In this document: piece after piece, positions 63,219-64,000 of the stretch
How positions within the stretch are numbered: position 1 is the first letter of the stretch
Layout: the number at the start of each line of letters is the position of its first letter
DNA from: an uncultured delta proteobacterium
Lineage (GTDB): Bacteria > Myxococcota_A > UBA9160 > SZUA-336
DNA length: 64,000 bases
Assembly (NCBI GenBank): GCA_963704165.1
Contig: CAVPHD010000003.1
Span: forward strand, 416,001 to 480,000
Direction of reading: 5' to 3'
Notes under the pieces: generated by a model
Databases searched by the model: none
The model's input: the letters and a program-made list of their open reading frames with translations, nothing else
Told to the model about the DNA's origin: nothing
Program-made: the position numbers and the translations under genes

Positions 63219-64000
63219 CTACGACTCGTGCTCGCGCGCGGCTTCGCGGACCGCGAGCCGCATCTCCTCGATGCCGCGCACGTAGCCGATGAAGACCAGC
63301 ACGGCACCGACCGCGGCGACGAAGCCGAGCAGCGATCCGGAGACGGAGAAGGTGTTGTAGACCCCGTGGAGCAGCGCCGCGATGCCGATGCCCACCGGGA
63401 CGAGCGCGGTCCGCATCGGCCTCGTCTCGACGCCGAGCGCGATGAACAGTGCGGCGATGCCCGAGAAGACCGCGTGCAGGAGCGGCAGCGTGATCAACCG
63501 CGTCAGCTGCAAGACGACGAAGGCGCCGAGCGAGATGCTCCCGGTCGCGACTCCCTGCGCGTAGCCGACCGAGTACATCACCGCCTCGGTGACGCCAAAG
63601 GCGAATCCCGAGACGCAGCCGAGGTAGCAGATCTCGCGGGTCGTGCCGGGCTCGCGATTGCGCAGGAAGATCCACAGCACGGGAACCGCCTTCACGCCCT
63701 CCTCCAGCAGCCCCACGCCGAACACGAACGCCGCGAGGCGCAGGAGCGGGTTCGGTCCACGCGCCGCGCCGAGCACCGTGGTCACGCCCGGAAGCTGGTA
63801 GAGGTACCCGACGATGAACACGCCCGTGATCGACGTGAAGAGCGATACGCGCACGACATCGAGCATGCCGATCCGCTCCGGGCGCACGAAGAGCCAGATC
63901 ACCAAGCCCCACATCATCGCGAAGTAGACGCCGTACAGGTACGCGACGTCGCCGAACTCCGAGCCCGTGAGCGCGGTCCACGCCACGAGAAAGAGCGGAA
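63219..64000 (-). CDS. PrsW-family glutamic intramembrane protease, 5'-truncated by window edge
   Basis: EEGVK, GFAFGVTE, HAVF, HGVYN motifs in a polytopic protein. Confidence 0.85.
   Translation of the reverse strand, partial: PLFLVAWTALTGSEFGDVAYLYGVYFAMMWGLVIWLFVRPERIGMLDVVRVSLFTSITGVFIVGYLYQLPGVTTVLGAARGPNPLLRLAAFVFGVGLLEEGVKAVPVLWIFLRNREPGTTREICYLGCVSGFAFGVTEAVMYSVGYAQGVATGSISLGAFVVLQLTRLITLPLLHAVFSGIAALFIALGVETRPMRTALVPVGIGIAALLHGVYNTFSVSGSLLGFVAAVGAVLVFIGYVRGIEEMRLAVREAAREHES

Overview
GC-rich (roughly 70% by eye), densely coding bacterial window. Sigma54 regulators, a PEP-CTERM protein and a globin-coupled kinase suggest a Myxococcota/deltaproteobacterial-type diderm (inference). I saw no rRNA, tRNA, CRISPR array or mobile element. 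The left flank carries a P450, a secreted Ig-like protein and a selD operon whose SelD is a selenoprotein (in-frame UGA plus SECIS hairpin, missed by the ORF track). About 6.3-50.2 kb looks like a low-oxygen/dormancy island. It holds three tandem USPs, CBS proteins, a site-2 protease-CBS, P-type ATPase, FNT channel, NAD-linked formate dehydrogenase, RtcB plus archease, an APH-AAA kinase, acs-pdhABC-ACP, Pcm, Hsp20, CbpA/CbpM, a globin-coupled histidine kinase and an NtrC-type activator. This gene content parallels the mycobacterial DosR regulon, but about 14 GG-N10-GC (sigma54 -24/-12) motifs sit in front of the transcription units, several with a candidate 15-bp palindromic enhancer. The most novel-looking parts are an operon of two ferritin-like di-iron proteins (aldehyde-deformylating-oxygenase-like motifs) plus a CxxC..CxxC protein beside the formate module, and a CBS-pair/DksA fusion with an intact DxxDxA tip. 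The right flank is pstSCAB/phoUBR plus a porin with Pho-box-like repeats, a 7TM-PAS kinase, an enoyl-CoA hydratase and a partial PrsW protease. About a dozen small frameshifts are probably sequencing errors.
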